Assembly: GCA_015064395.1 (NCBI GenBank)
Contig: SVSH01000011.1
Location: 210 to 64,209 of the forward strand
Length of the DNA stretch: 64,000 nucleotides
Source: Oscillospiraceae bacterium
GTDB taxonomy: Bacteria > Bacillota > Clostridia > Oscillospirales > CAG-272
Direction of reading: 5' to 3'
Below are positions 49,130 to 59,197 of this stretch, in pieces. The notes under the pieces were generated by a model. It saw nothing but the letters and a program-made list of their open reading frames with translations, made no database searches and had not been told where the DNA came from. The first letter of the stretch is position 1, and every line of letters starts with the position of its first letter. The translations under genes and the position numbers were made by a program.

Positions 49130-49576
49130 ATGATCGGATTGACCAAAGAAGCAGACGGCGCGTTGCGCATTGTTTGGCTGTTGGCCAAAGAGGACCAGGT
49201 GACCGACGCGGGCAGCATTGCCAAGCAGGTGGCGGTATCTCCCCAGTTTACCCTTAAGATCCTGCGGCAGCTGCTGCAGGGTGGGTTGGTCAGAGCGGTG
49301 CGGGGCAAGTGCGGCGGATATGCGCTGGCCATGACGCCGCGCAACATTACGGTGCGGCACATCGTCGAGTTGATCGACGGGCCCATCGCCATCAACCGCT
49401 GTCAGGCAGACGATTTTTTCTGCTCCCGCATGGGGTATGACAAACAAGCCTGTCGGTTTCATTGCCTGTTTGCCGCCATCAGCGACCGGCTGGCACACGA
49501 CCTTGAGAGCGTGACGCTGGAAATGATGCTTTCTGACGACCGCTGTCCAAGTGAATTTCTGACATCCAAAAAATAA
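49130..49576 (+). CDS. Rrf2-family transcriptional regulator
   Basis: ALRIV, KILRQL..GLV..RG..GGY.L, C-terminal Cys residues. Confidence 0.9.
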   Translation: MIGLTKEADGALRIVWLLAKEDQVTDAGSIAKQVAVSPQFTLKILRQLLQGGLVRAVRGKCGGYALAMTPRNITVRHIVELIDGPIAINRCQADDFFCSRMGYDKQACRFHCLFAAISDRLAHDLESVTLEMMLSDDRCPSEFLTSKK

Positions 49577-49614
49577 AAAATATATTTCATTTTATACTTA
49601 GGAGGATTTTGATC

Positions 49615-50199
49615 ATGAAAAAGTTTGTATGTCCCGTTTGCGGTTACGTCCACGAGGGTGAGAGCGCACCCGAGAAGTGCCCCGTTTGCAAGGTTCCCGG
49701 CGAGAAGTTCACCGAGGTCAAGGGCGAGATGAAGCTGGCAGCTGAGCACGAGTACGGCGTGTATGCCAAGACCGTCAAGAACAACCCCGACATCTCCGAG
49801 GAAGACAAGAAGTACATCTTCGAGCAGCTGATGGCGAACTTCCAGGGCGAGTGCTCCGAGGTTGGTATGTACCTGTGCATGGCTCGTATCGCTCACCGCG
49901 AGGGCTATTCCGAGATCGGTCTGTACTGGGAAAAGGCCGCCTGGGAGGAAGCAGAGCACGCCGCAAAGTTCGCAGAGCTTTTGGGTGAGGACCTCGAGCC
50001 CAACATGAAGGCGACCACCCGCGACAACCTGAAGTGGAGAGTGGACTGCGAGTACGGTGCAACCCAGGGCAAGTTTGACCTGGCAGCATGCGCCAAGAAG
50101 AACGGTCTGGATGCGATCCACGACACCGTTCACGAAATGGCCCGCGACGAGGCTCGCCACGGCCGCGGTCTGGAAGGTCTGCTTAAGAGATACTTCTAA
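49615..50199 (+). CDS. Reverse rubrerythrin (NADH peroxidase type)
   Basis: N-terminal CPVCG..CPVC followed by [21 protein letters not shown]. Confidence 0.92.
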   Translation: MKKFVCPVCGYVHEGESAPEKCPVCKVPGEKFTEVKGEMKLAAEHEYGVYAKTVKNNPDISEEDKKYIFEQLMANFQGECSEVGMYLCMARIAHREGYSEIGLYWEKAAWEEAEHAAKFAELLGEDLEPNMKATTRDNLKWRVDCEYGATQGKFDLAACAKKNGLDAIHDTVHEMARDEARHGRGLEGLLKRYF

Positions 50200-50214
50200 T
50201 AAGTAAACAAATAT

Positions 50215-50462
50215 GCGAGGGGAAAACTTTTTTGAAAAAAGTTTTCCCCTCGCGCTCCCTTTTCAAAAAACTGAAAAGCACCAAGGGATAGCAGCCCCAT
50301 CAAGTTTTCGGTCAAGCCTTTTTCAAAAGGCTTGCAGGTCGAGGACGGAGTCCTCGTCGCTCTCCGCAGAGAGCGAAATCTTTTTATCCTTTCCAAGCGC
50401 CCGAAGGGGTGAATTTCCCGCGTGCGGGAAAGAGGGGAAACCACAAGTGGGGTTTCCCCTGT
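50215..50462 (+). repeat. Family-2 composite repeat
   Basis: GGGGAAAACTTTTTTGAAAAAAGTTTTCCCC unit plus a unit collinear with 18758-18924. Confidence 0.85.
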
Positions 50463-50558
50463 ATGCGCCCTTTTGAAATCGTATTCCTTAAGGGCTGTCT
50501 AACAAAGATAAAAAACATTTCGTTTGTTTGTCTTTTTGCAACTTGTCCCCCTTCCCTC

Positions 50559-50587
50559 TTGACATCTTCTCCTTTCCTCGCTATAAT
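50559..50587 (+). promoter_or_regulatory. SigA promoter
   Basis: TTGACA-17nt-TATAAT. Confidence 0.78.
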
Positions 50588-50621
50588 ATATTTATATACC
50601 ATCCACCCAGGAGGCCCTCTT

Positions 50622-51461
50622 ATGGCATTGCGCAATTACACCGAAGCACAACTGAAAAACATCGCCACGCAGATCCGCATGGATATTCTCGACGCAGTCC
50701 ACAGCGCCAAGTCCGGTCACCCCGGCGGCTCGCTGTCCATCGCTGACATCCTGGCCGTTCTCTATTTTGAAGAAATGAACGTTGACCCCAACGCTCCCGA
50801 CTGTCCTGACCGCGATCGCCTCGTGCTGTCCAAGGGACATGCTGCTCCTGCACTGTACGCCGCACTTGCCGAGCGAGGCTTCTTCCCCCGTGAGGAATTG
50901 ACCACGCTCAGACGTGCCGACTCCCATCTGCAGGGTCACCCGAGCTTGGGACACATGCCCGGCATCGATATGACGACCGGCTCGCTGGGCCAGGGTCTGT
51001 CTGCTGCTTGCGGCATGGCCATCTCCGCCAAGCTGCAGGGCAAGGACTATCGCACCTATGCCATCGTGGGCGACGGTGAGTCGCAGGAGGGTCAAATCTG
51101 GGAGGCCGCCATGCTGGCCGCTCACAGAAAGCTGGACAACCTGTGTATCATCCTCGACTGGAACGGTCTGCAGATCGACGGCGAGGTAGAGCAGGTGCTC
51201 AACCCCACCCCTTACCCCGAAAAATTCGAGGCCTTCGGCTTCCACACCATTTCCATCGACGGTCACGATCTGCAGGCGCTGTCTGCCGCTTTTGACGAAG
51301 CAAAAACCGTCAAGGGTAAGCCCACCGTGATCATCGCCAAGACGGTCAAGGGACGCGGTGTCTCCTTCATGGAAAACCGAGTCGAGTGGCACGGTGCAGC
51401 CCCCAAGGATGCGCAATATGAAGAAGCGATTGCCGAGCTGAAGGCACTCTTGGTCGACTGA
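50622..51461 (+). CDS. Transketolase, N-terminal (TPP-binding) subunit
   Basis: SGHPGGSLS, DRLVLSKGH, LQGHP, GSLGQG, GDGESQEG, WHG. Confidence 0.93.
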   Translation: MALRNYTEAQLKNIATQIRMDILDAVHSAKSGHPGGSLSIADILAVLYFEEMNVDPNAPDCPDRDRLVLSKGHAAPALYAALAERGFFPREELTTLRRADSHLQGHPSLGHMPGIDMTTGSLGQGLSAACGMAISAKLQGKDYRTYAIVGDGESQEGQIWEAAMLAAHRKLDNLCIILDWNGLQIDGEVEQVLNPTPYPEKFEAFGFHTISIDGHDLQALSAAFDEAKTVKGKPTVIIAKTVKGRGVSFMENRVEWHGAAPKDAQYEEAIAELKALLVD

Positions 51462-51586
51462 TTTTTACAAATTCTCCCCGTTTTGCGACGGCTTTTGTCG
51501 CAAAACGGGGCTTTTTTCTTTTCACTTTGTCTCCTTCCCCGGCTATACTATAGGTAGGATGCAGACGCATCGAAAGGAGGACCACC

Positions 51587-52945
51587 ATGCTCCATTATTT
51601 TGGAACCGACGGCTTTCGCGGTGAGGCCGGAAAAACGCTGACGGCCTCTCAGGCCTTTCGCATCGGCCGCTTTTTAGGCCACCACGATCAAAAGGGAGGA
51701 ACGCGCGCCCGCGTGGTGCTGGGCAAGGATACCCGCCGTTCCTGTTATATGCTGGAATACGCCCTGGCGGCAGGTCTGTGCGCCTCGGGGGCAGACGTTT
51801 ATCGACTACACGTCATTTCCACGCCTTGCGTCTGTCATGCGACGAAAGAGGGAGATTTCGATTGCGGCGTCATGATCTCCGCCTCGCACAATCCCTTCTT
51901 TGACAACGGCATCAAGATCATCAACTCCCGTGGGGAGAAAATGGACGACGAGCTACTTGCCGGGATCGAAGAGTATTTGGATAAGGAGGAGGACGATCTT
52001 CCTTTTGCAACCGGCAGTGAGATCGGAAGCGTCTTCGATTACAATGAGGGGCGGCGGCGCTATGTGGAGCATGTGCTCTCGCTGGCAAAGCAGTCTCTTT
52101 CGGGACTTCGCATCGGACTTGACTGCGCCAACGGAAGCGCCTGGGAGGTCGCCCGGGACGTGTTTGATGCCCTGGGGGCCGAGACGTATATCATTGGGGA
52201 CTCCCCCGATGGGTTGAATATCAACAAGGGGGTGGGGTCGACCCACATTGAGGCACTCTCTGCCTTTGTGCAACAGCATCATCTGGATGCCGGCTTTGCC
52301 TTTGACGGTGATGCGGACCGTTGCCTTGCCGTCGACGAGCAGGGGCGCGTGATCACGGGCGATCACATTCTTTATATTTTTGCCGCCGATTGGCAGCGGC
52401 GAGGGATGCTGGCAGGCAACACCGTCGTCACCACCATCATGTCCAACATGGGGCTGTACCGCGCGCTGGACGAAGCGGGCATTCGCCACGTCGAAACGCC
52501 GGTGGGTGACAAGCACGTCTATGACCGCATGGTAAAGGAAGGATATTGTCTGGGCGGCGAGCAGTCGGGGCACATCATTCTGGGTCCTTACGCCACCACC
52601 GGGGACGGCCTTCTGACCGCAACACAGTTAGCCGAGGTCATGACAAGCCGCCGCCTGCCGCTTTCCCGCCTGGCGGGCGCGGTACGCCTATATCCACAGG
52701 TCTTACGAAACCTACCTGTGTCTGACCAAGAAGCGGTCCTTGGGAGCCCTACCGTCCACAAGGCAGTGGAAGAGGCGACCGTGGCCTTGGGCCGGCAGGG
52801 GCGGATCCTGTTGCGCAAGAGTGGCACCGAGCCTGTCGTGCGAGTCATGGTCGAAGCGGAGCGCGAGGAATGGTGCCGACATTGGGCGGATCACATTTGT
52901 GAGAGCATTCGGGCGCAGGGCTTTCTCTGCGAGAGAGGACGGTAA
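51587..52945 (+). CDS. glmM: Phosphoglucosamine mutase
   Basis: FGTDG, ISASHNP, FDGDADR, GGEQSGH, RKSGTEP. Confidence 0.92.
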   Translation: MLHYFGTDGFRGEAGKTLTASQAFRIGRFLGHHDQKGGTRARVVLGKDTRRSCYMLEYALAAGLCASGADVYRLHVISTPCVCHATKEGDFDCGVMISASHNPFFDNGIKIINSRGEKMDDELLAGIEEYLDKEEDDLPFATGSEIGSVFDYNEGRRRYVEHVLSLAKQSLSGLRIGLDCANGSAWEVARDVFDALGAETYIIGDSPDGLNINKGVGSTHIEALSAFVQQHHLDAGFAFDGDADRCLAVDEQGRVITGDHILYIFAADWQRRGMLAGNTVVTTIMSNMGLYRALDEAGIRHVETPVGDKHVYDRMVKEGYCLGGEQSGHIILGPYATTGDGLLTATQLAEVMTSRRLPLSRLAGAVRLYPQVLRNLPVSDQEAVLGSPTVHKAVEEATVALGRQGRILLRKSGTEPVVRVMVEAEREEWCRHWADHICESIRAQGFLCERGR

Positions 52946-52948
52946 CCT

Positions 52949-53623
52949 ATGGATCCAATCAAAGCGTCCCGTCTATGGCGCACCATGCAATCGCACACCC
53001 TGGCGTTCCCGCTTTTGCAAAGCGTCGACTACCCTTGGCAAGCGTTATCCGCGCTTTCCGATTTTATTCTCGATCTGGGGCGTTCCTTGCCAAAGGACGA
53101 ATACGAGGAGCTACTCCCTGCAGTTTGGGTGGCGCGTACCGCTCACATCGCGCCCACCGCGCAGCTGCATAAGGGCTGCATCATCGGCCATGACACCGAG
53201 GTGCGACAAGGAGCTTTCATTCGCGGGAATGTGTTGATCGGCGACGGCGTTGTGGTGGGTAACTCGACGGAGCTCAAGGGGTGCGTACTGTTTGACGGGG
53301 TGCAGGTGCCGCATTTTAACTACGTGGGGGATTCCATTCTCGGTCATCGGGCGCATTTAGGGGCGGGGGCTATCACCTCCAACGTCAAAAGCGACAAGAG
53401 TGAGGTGGTGATTCACTGTGGAAATTCACGCCTTTGCACCGGGCGTCGTAAGTTGGGCGCTTTATTGGGGGATTTCGTTGAGGTGGGCTGTAACAGCGTG
53501 CTCAATCCGGGGACGGTGATCGGGAGTGGGAGTGTGGTATATCCGCTCACATCGGTTCGCGGATATGTGGGAGAGAATTGTATTTATAAGGGTGAGGGGA
53601 GGATTGTGGCGAGGTTTGTTTGA
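52949..53623 (+). CDS. Hexapeptide-repeat (GlmU C-terminal-like) acyltransferase
   Basis: FIRG, GNSTELK, PHFNYVGDSILG, LGAG..SN, RKLGA..GD..GCNSVLNPG. Confidence 0.85.
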   Translation: MDPIKASRLWRTMQSHTLAFPLLQSVDYPWQALSALSDFILDLGRSLPKDEYEELLPAVWVARTAHIAPTAQLHKGCIIGHDTEVRQGAFIRGNVLIGDGVVVGNSTELKGCVLFDGVQVPHFNYVGDSILGHRAHLGAGAITSNVKSDKSEVVIHCGNSRLCTGRRKLGALLGDFVEVGCNSVLNPGTVIGSGSVVYPLTSVRGYVGENCIYKGEGRIVARFV

Positions 53624-54220
53624 ATGTCAAACAACTTCTCCTCCCAACGCTCACACTGTGCTTCGCACGCGTTCGCTGTACCGGCATGAGTGTTCATTCT
53701 TTGCCGCGCGGCAAAGAACGAACCAAGAAAACGCGCCCAGGCGTTCCCCCTGGGAACCCCCTGGCGTTGCCGCTTTGCAAAGAAAATCAAGAGAGATCAC
53801 ATAAACGCTTTTAATGCTGTGCCTCAACTTAAGACAGCACGAGCGGCAGGCGGGGAAAGCAAGGGCTTTTGCTTTCCGTTTTGCAGAAAAGCTATGCTAT
53901 CATAAGCCGCGTTGAACGACAGCAAGAGCTTTCTACTATCGCATCTTGCGTGCTACTTCCGTGTTTGCAAGTTTCTTTAACTTGCAAACGCAAGCGTTGA
54001 AGATGCAGGCTTTTGCGTCGTGTTGCGCGGAGCGAGAGCGCAGCGCCCACAAAGACGCATTGCGGGTTTCCAAAGGGCTCCAGGCCCTTTGGCGCCCTTC
54101 TTCCGCCACTTCTTGGGGCGCGCCAAGAAGTGGCATTAAACGCACAGCGCGCCGCGTTGTGGCGCGCCCAAGGAGAGAAAGCGATATTTCAAACGACTTC
54201 TTCTATTGATACTCACACCG
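53621..54220 (+). repeat. Family-1 element, copy H (internal insertion, direct terminal repeats)
   Basis: TCAAACAACTTCTCC at the start and TTTCAAACGACTTCTTC at 54187; end hairpin at 53692-53730. Confidence 0.9.
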
Positions 54221-54369
54221 CACTTCGAACACCCATTTCACCTATAGCAAAATGATACAAGTTTTGTTCGCCCGCTGAACACAGGCGTCATGCAAGCATG
54301 AACACAAAACTTGTGCGGCGGACGAAAAAAGAGCGAAGCCAGTCAAACGCCTTCGCTCTTTTGATTTTC

Positions 54370-54822
54370 CTATTTCTTTCTCTTTCCCTCAAAAAAACGC
54401 TGAAGAATCTCGCGACACTCGGTCTCCAAAACCCCAACCGTCAAATCCGCCTTATGATTGAGCGGATACGCATTGATCGAGAGTACACTTCCCATCGCCC
54501 CTGCCTTGGCATCCTTGGCACCGTATACCACGCGCCCCACGCGGGCATTTATGGCCGTTCCGGCACACATGGGACAGGGCTCGAGCGTTACGTACAGCGT
54601 GCAGTCACTCAATCGCCAGCTGCCCAAAGCGCGGCAGGCCGCCTCCATCGCCAACAGCTCGGCGTGCGCGGTGGCCAGGTGATCGCACTCGCGGCGGTTG
54701 TGACCGCGGGCAATGATCTGTCCGTCCTTCACCACAACTGCACCCACGGGGACTTCTCCCATATGAAGCGCCCGCTCGGCCTCGGCCAGCGCCTCTTTCA
54801 TAAACCGTTCATCCTGCGTCAC
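54370..54822 (-). CDS. tadA: tRNA adenosine(34) deaminase
   Basis: GEVPVGAV, HAE, LYVTLEPCPMC; GTG start inferred from a GTGA overlap. Confidence 0.92.
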   Translation of the reverse strand: MTQDERFMKEALAEAERALHMGEVPVGAVVVKDGQIIARGHNRRECDHLATAHAELLAMEAACRALGSWRLSDCTLYVTLEPCPMCAGTAINARVGRVVYGAKDAKAGAMGSVLSINAYPLNHKADLTVGVLETECREILQRFFEGKRKK

Positions 54823-55817
54823 AAAAACGTCCCCCAATCTATCCGAGCCAGCCAAGCGCCGGCCGCCAGTACAAGCATTTCAAACGCGCACAGCAGGCAA
54901 AAAGCCAGCATCATGGGCGTACAGAAGCTACGAACAGTACCGCCCTTTAGCGCCGTGCCGCAACGCAAGGCCTCGGGGGCGGGCTCTTTTTTACCGTCCC
55001 TCCCGTGCAAAAGGACGATCAAACAAATCAGTCCGGCGCCTACAATCAGCACCTCGATGGCACGGGAGAGCACCATTTCCGTCTCATAAGGCAGGCGATT
55101 GTAAAACACCTCGCCTATGACCGAGATCAAATTATTGAGCAAATGTATGATCACGCCGACCCAGATCGAGCCGCTCTCGATCACGGCCAATGCCAGCACG
55201 ACACCGGCTACGGTGGCATAAAAGAATTGTCCAAAATTCTGATGGACCAGCCCAAAGAGCAACGCGCTCCCCAGCACCGCCGTCGTCTTGCCGTAGGGTA
55301 ACAGCTGGCTCGTGACCAGCCCCCGGAACAAAAACTCCTCGCAAAAGGCAGGGATGACCGCTGTGGCAATAAAAGACAGCACCGCCGCCCAGGGCGCCAT
55401 ACTCGGGTCGGGGATGTGATACGAGGGGGTGCTTACGGACAGGCCAAGCAGGCGAATCAAAAAGCCATTGGTAATGGCCGCGCAGTAAATGATAGCAAGA
55501 CACGCCGGGACGATCAAGGCTGTTCTGCGCGGAAGCTTGGGTTCAAGCAAAAGGGGAGATCGTTCCAAGGTGGGTGTGATGAGACGGTAAAACAGGGCCG
55601 GGAGCAGGAAAGAAAGTACGCGAATGGCCATGTCCGCAAATTCCCGTGCCAGGGTGGCCTGTGTCGATCCCCAAAAAGGCGAGAAATGATCAAGCAGAGG
55701 GGACAGGAGCATATCCAGGCCCAAGTGCAAGCCGACCAGCAACAAAAGCGCCGCGCCCAATCGGTTGGTCGTGCGGCGACATGCCCGCTCTTGTTCGCTC
55801 AGATATATGGTTCGCAT
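54819..55817 (-). CDS. CPBP (CAAX) intramembrane metalloprotease
   Basis: EEFLFRG, FGLVH, HLLNN. Confidence 0.88.
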   Translation of the reverse strand: MRTIYLSEQERACRRTTNRLGAALLLLVGLHLGLDMLLSPLLDHFSPFWGSTQATLAREFADMAIRVLSFLLPALFYRLITPTLERSPLLLEPKLPRRTALIVPACLAIIYCAAITNGFLIRLLGLSVSTPSYHIPDPSMAPWAAVLSFIATAVIPAFCEEFLFRGLVTSQLLPYGKTTAVLGSALLFGLVHQNFGQFFYATVAGVVLALAVIESGSIWVGVIIHLLNNLISVIGEVFYNRLPYETEMVLSRAIEVLIVGAGLICLIVLLHGRDGKKEPAPEALRCGTALKGGTVRSFCTPMMLAFCLLCAFEMLVLAAGAWLARIDWGTFL

Positions 55818-55922
55818 CTGCCTTTCCCTCCTTGTATAAAACTACCTTTATTATACCCGTCCACGCCTCCCTCGTCAAGAGATAATTGCAAACTTTGCCC
55901 CGCCGTCACAGGGCAAAACGCC

Positions 55923-55951
55923 TTGACAAAGCCGCCGCACTATGGTACAAT
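55923..55951 (+). promoter_or_regulatory. SigA promoter
   Basis: TTGACA-17nt-TACAAT. Confidence 0.72.
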
Positions 55952-55980
55952 GTTACCAACACTGATCCGGGAGGTGCGAC

Positions 55981-56322
55981 GTGGAGCTGGAACAAAAACG
56001 ATTCACAAAAAATGACGCAGGCTTTGTCTGCGCCCATTGCGGCCGCACGGTCGAGCCGCTCGGCTACACCTCGCGCAACCACTGCCCTTTTTGTCTGTGG
56101 TCCCTGCACGTGGACGTCATGCCGGGGGATCGCGCCAACACCTGCGGAGCACCCATGCAGCCCATTCGGGTCGAGCCGAACCGCCGCCGCGGCTACATCA
56201 TCGTGCATCGCTGCACCAAATGCGGCGAGACCGGGCGCAACCGCGCCGCCCATGAGGCCAAGGTCCAGCCCGACGATATTTCACTTCTCATCCGCCTGAC
56301 TGCGGGCGAATTTCCCGTATAA
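55981..56322 (+). CDS. RNHCP-domain protein
   Basis: FVCAHCG, RNHCPFCLWSLHVD..PGDRA, HRCTKCG. Confidence 0.9.
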   Translation: MELEQKRFTKNDAGFVCAHCGRTVEPLGYTSRNHCPFCLWSLHVDVMPGDRANTCGAPMQPIRVEPNRRRGYIIVHRCTKCGETGRNRAAHEAKVQPDDISLLIRLTAGEFPV

Positions 56323-56334
56323 GGGAGGATACGT

Positions 56335-56793
56335 ATGATCATCGATCAGATACAAGCATTCAAAGGGACAACCGGGCGCCTGCTGGGCGTCGATTTTGGT
56401 GACGTAAGAACCGGGCTTGCCGTCTCGGATGCGGCTCGTTTTCTTGCCTCGGGCCTGGAGACCATCAAGCCCGGAAGCATGACAAAGACCGCCGAAGCGG
56501 TGGCACTGGCGGCGCGCGACTTGGGCGTTGTCGGTGTCGTTGTGGGGCTTCCCGTTAACATGAACGGTTCCCAAGGCGAGCGCGCCGAGCACGCCCGTAT
56601 GTTTGCCGGTATGCTGGACGAGCGTCTGGGAGACTTGCCCATCTTGCTTTTGGACGAGCGCATGACCACCATGGCTGCCTCCCGCTTTCTCAACGAGACC
56701 AACACGCGCGGACAAAAGCGCAAGCAGGTGATTGACACGCTCAGCGCCCAGATCATTCTGCAAAACGCACTCGACCGCCTGAAAAACTGTTAA
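56335..56793 (+). CDS. ruvX: RuvX/YqgF-family nuclease
   Basis: LGVDFGDVRTGLAVSD, VGLP, DERMTT, ID..SAQIILQ. Confidence 0.92.
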   Translation: MIIDQIQAFKGTTGRLLGVDFGDVRTGLAVSDAARFLASGLETIKPGSMTKTAEAVALAARDLGVVGVVVGLPVNMNGSQGERAEHARMFAGMLDERLGDLPILLLDERMTTMAASRFLNETNTRGQKRKQVIDTLSAQIILQNALDRLKNC

Positions 56794-56818
56794 ATCCCCT
56801 ATCACAAGGAGCCTTTGT

Positions 56819-57577
56819 ATGGATTACGAGCAGGAATACGAAGAATATACACAACAACAAATGGGACCCGGACGCCGGGCGCTGCGCAAGACGCTTTGGT
56901 GGATCGCCCGCATCCTCGTGTTTGGCATCACCGCCCTTGTGTTTTGGCGCGTGCTGTTCTCGGGGCACATTCCTGCCGCGATGAAGACGCTGATCGTCAA
57001 CGACAACACCTATGGAGCCTATCTGCAGGAGGGCGAGAAGCTGACCATGTATACCCAACCGCAGGAGCAGGTCATCATGGATGGGGCCTCGGCCGGCTAC
57101 TTCTGGGTCTGTCAGGCCGTCTTTGTCCCCGAAGCTGACCAGGTGCAGGTGTTGGTTCGCTACAACAACAGCACCCTTGCCCGCCTGGCAGAGGATTTTG
57201 AGCTTGATGAGGTTCCCGGCCGCGGCGATACCGTCCTGGACGTCACGCTGGTCATCACTGTTGATCCCGATCCCACCAACAAGACCACGACCGACCGTCA
57301 AAAGATCCGCATCCAGCCGACGGGAGACCCTCTTGAGGACTCCACCCTGATGTACAACTACCGCAAATACGTCTTTGACGGCGTGACCTTCGATCCCGCA
57401 TCGACCATCAATCTTTCGGTGGAATTTTATTACGAGGGCTACGTCGATTATGACGATCACCCGCTGGGGGCTTTGGTCATTTATGAGCCGCAGTACGAAA
57501 CCGAGCCGTATGCCCTGACTGCCCGCGACAAGAAGGCCATCAAGCAGTACGCCCGGGCAAATGAAACAGCGAAGTAA
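56819..57577 (+). CDS. Hypothetical membrane-anchored protein
   Basis: AAGGAG RBS, single N-terminal TM segment, operon context. Confidence 0.75.
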   Translation: MDYEQEYEEYTQQQMGPGRRALRKTLWWIARILVFGITALVFWRVLFSGHIPAAMKTLIVNDNTYGAYLQEGEKLTMYTQPQEQVIMDGASAGYFWVCQAVFVPEADQVQVLVRYNNSTLARLAEDFELDEVPGRGDTVLDVTLVITVDPDPTNKTTTDRQKIRIQPTGDPLEDSTLMYNYRKYVFDGVTFDPASTINLSVEFYYEGYVDYDDHPLGALVIYEPQYETEPYALTARDKKAIKQYARANETAK

Positions 57578-57587
57578 GAGGTATTTC

Positions 57588-58028
57588 ATGAAGCACGTAG
57601 AAATTTATACCGACGGTGCCTGCCGCGGAAACCCCGGCCGTGGCGGTTGGGGGGCGATCCTGGTATACGGAGGCGTGGAAAAAGAGCTGTCTGGCGGCGA
57701 GCCGGAGACCACCAACAACCGCATGGAGCTGACGGCGGTCATATCCGCCCTTCGCGCCTTGCGCGAGCCTTGTCAGGTTACTCTGACCTCCGACTCCAAG
57801 TACGTCATCGACGCCATCACCAAGGGATGGGCCGTCTCCTGGCGCGCCAAGGGATGGCGCAAGGCGGACAAGTCCCCGGCTCTCAACGTCGATCTGTGGG
57901 AGACGCTGCTGGGACTGTTGGACATCCACGACGTCACCTTCGTTTGGGTTCACGGACACACGGGACACCCGTACAACGAACGATGCGATGCCCTGGCAAC
58001 GGCATTTGCCGACAGCTTCCCGACTTAA
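57588..58028 (+). CDS. rnhA: Ribonuclease HI
   Basis: [36 protein letters not shown]. Confidence 0.95.
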   Translation: MKHVEIYTDGACRGNPGRGGWGAILVYGGVEKELSGGEPETTNNRMELTAVISALRALREPCQVTLTSDSKYVIDAITKGWAVSWRAKGWRKADKSPALNVDLWETLLGLLDIHDVTFVWVHGHTGHPYNERCDALATAFADSFPT

Positions 58029-58125
58029 AAAAGCCTGCATCATGATGCAGGCTTTTTTCGTTCGCGGTGCTATTTTACGTCTTGTCCGCATAAGATGAAA
58101 CATCACATTGCGAAAGGAAACCGTC

Positions 58126-58689
58126 ATGCCCACCGATTCGCTCCTTCACCTCACCAAGGAATGTCATCATGCCCTTGAGCTGCTCGCACAGGCGATAACA
58201 AAGTACACCCCCGACTGCGTCAGCAAGATCTCCGAATGTCACCGAAAAAGCAGCTCCACCCTGGCCGATCTGCACGCGGGCCTGTTTTCTGCCTTTCTCC
58301 CTCCCCTGCCCCGCTCTCACAGTGCCGCCCTTGGCGAGGCGATCTACGCCGTGACCGACGCCGTCTTTCGCGCCGCTCTTTTGCTCCCCTTGCACGCCGG
58401 GAACGACAGCCGTGCTAGCGAGCTGGAGGCACTGCTTGGCATGAGCCGGCGGCTGTGTGAGGCGGCGGCCACCCTGCCCCGCTACGTCAAGGGCAAGCCC
58501 CCCACGCCACCCGACACCTACCGTTTTTACGCCGAACAAAACAAGGCGCGGGCATCTCACGCGCTGACCGTGCGTCACGCCGAGCGAACACTGACCGAGC
58601 GCGCTCTTGACGAGAGCTTGTGCGTGGTGGCATCCCGCCTCGCAGAGGCGCACCGTGCCTTGATCTGCCTGATGCTCGAAAGCGTCTGA
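58126..58689 (+). CDS. Hypothetical protein, weakly DUF47/PhoU-like
   Basis: GAAAGGA RBS; LFSAFLPPLPR..AL..AI..VTD resembles the DUF47 FITPxDR segment. Confidence 0.55.
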   Translation: MPTDSLLHLTKECHHALELLAQAITKYTPDCVSKISECHRKSSSTLADLHAGLFSAFLPPLPRSHSAALGEAIYAVTDAVFRAALLLPLHAGNDSRASELEALLGMSRRLCEAAATLPRYVKGKPPTPPDTYRFYAEQNKARASHALTVRHAERTLTERALDESLCVVASRLAEAHRALICLMLESV

Positions 58690-58776
58690 GGGAACGTCTT
58701 TTTTCGTCATTTTTTGATATTTTTTACAGAACTCGCAATAAAAAAAGAAAATTTTTATTATTTTTGCAAAAAGTTA

Positions 58777-58805
58777 TTGACAAACCCTGGGGGGCGTGGT
58801 ACAAT
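58777..58805 (+). promoter_or_regulatory. SigA promoter
   Basis: TTGACA-17nt-TACAAT. Confidence 0.72.
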
Positions 58806-58852
58806 AAATTACTTGCACAGGAAATGTGCTAAAGAGAAAAAGAGGGTTAACG

Positions 58853-59134
58853 ATGTACAGCGACAAGACTTTGGTCTGCAAAGATTGCGGACAGGAATTC
58901 ACCTTTACTGCCGGCGAGCAGGAATTTTACGCAGAGAAGGGTTTCACCAACGAGCCTCAGAGATGTAAGGCTTGCCGTGCAAACCGTAAGTCCGAACGCG
59001 GAGAGGGCGGCGCACGTCAGATGTTCGACGCCGTTTGTTCCGAGTGCGGAAACCCCTGCAAGGTTCCCTTCGAGCCGCACGATGATCGCCCCGTTTATTG
59101 CAGCGATTGCTTCCGCAATAAGACCGGCCGTTGA
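58853..59134 (+). CDS. Zinc-ribbon protein with a CxxC-x17-CxxC domain
   Basis: DKTLVCKDCG.EF.FTAGEQEFY..KG..P.RC..CR and CSECG..VPF.P...PVYCSDCF. Confidence 0.92.
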   Translation: MYSDKTLVCKDCGQEFTFTAGEQEFYAEKGFTNEPQRCKACRANRKSERGEGGARQMFDAVCSECGNPCKVPFEPHDDRPVYCSDCFRNKTGR

Positions 59135-59197
59135 TCACAGGGTAAGATGAACGGACAAAGACCGACTGATGATATCAGTCGGTCTTTTCTTTTTCTT

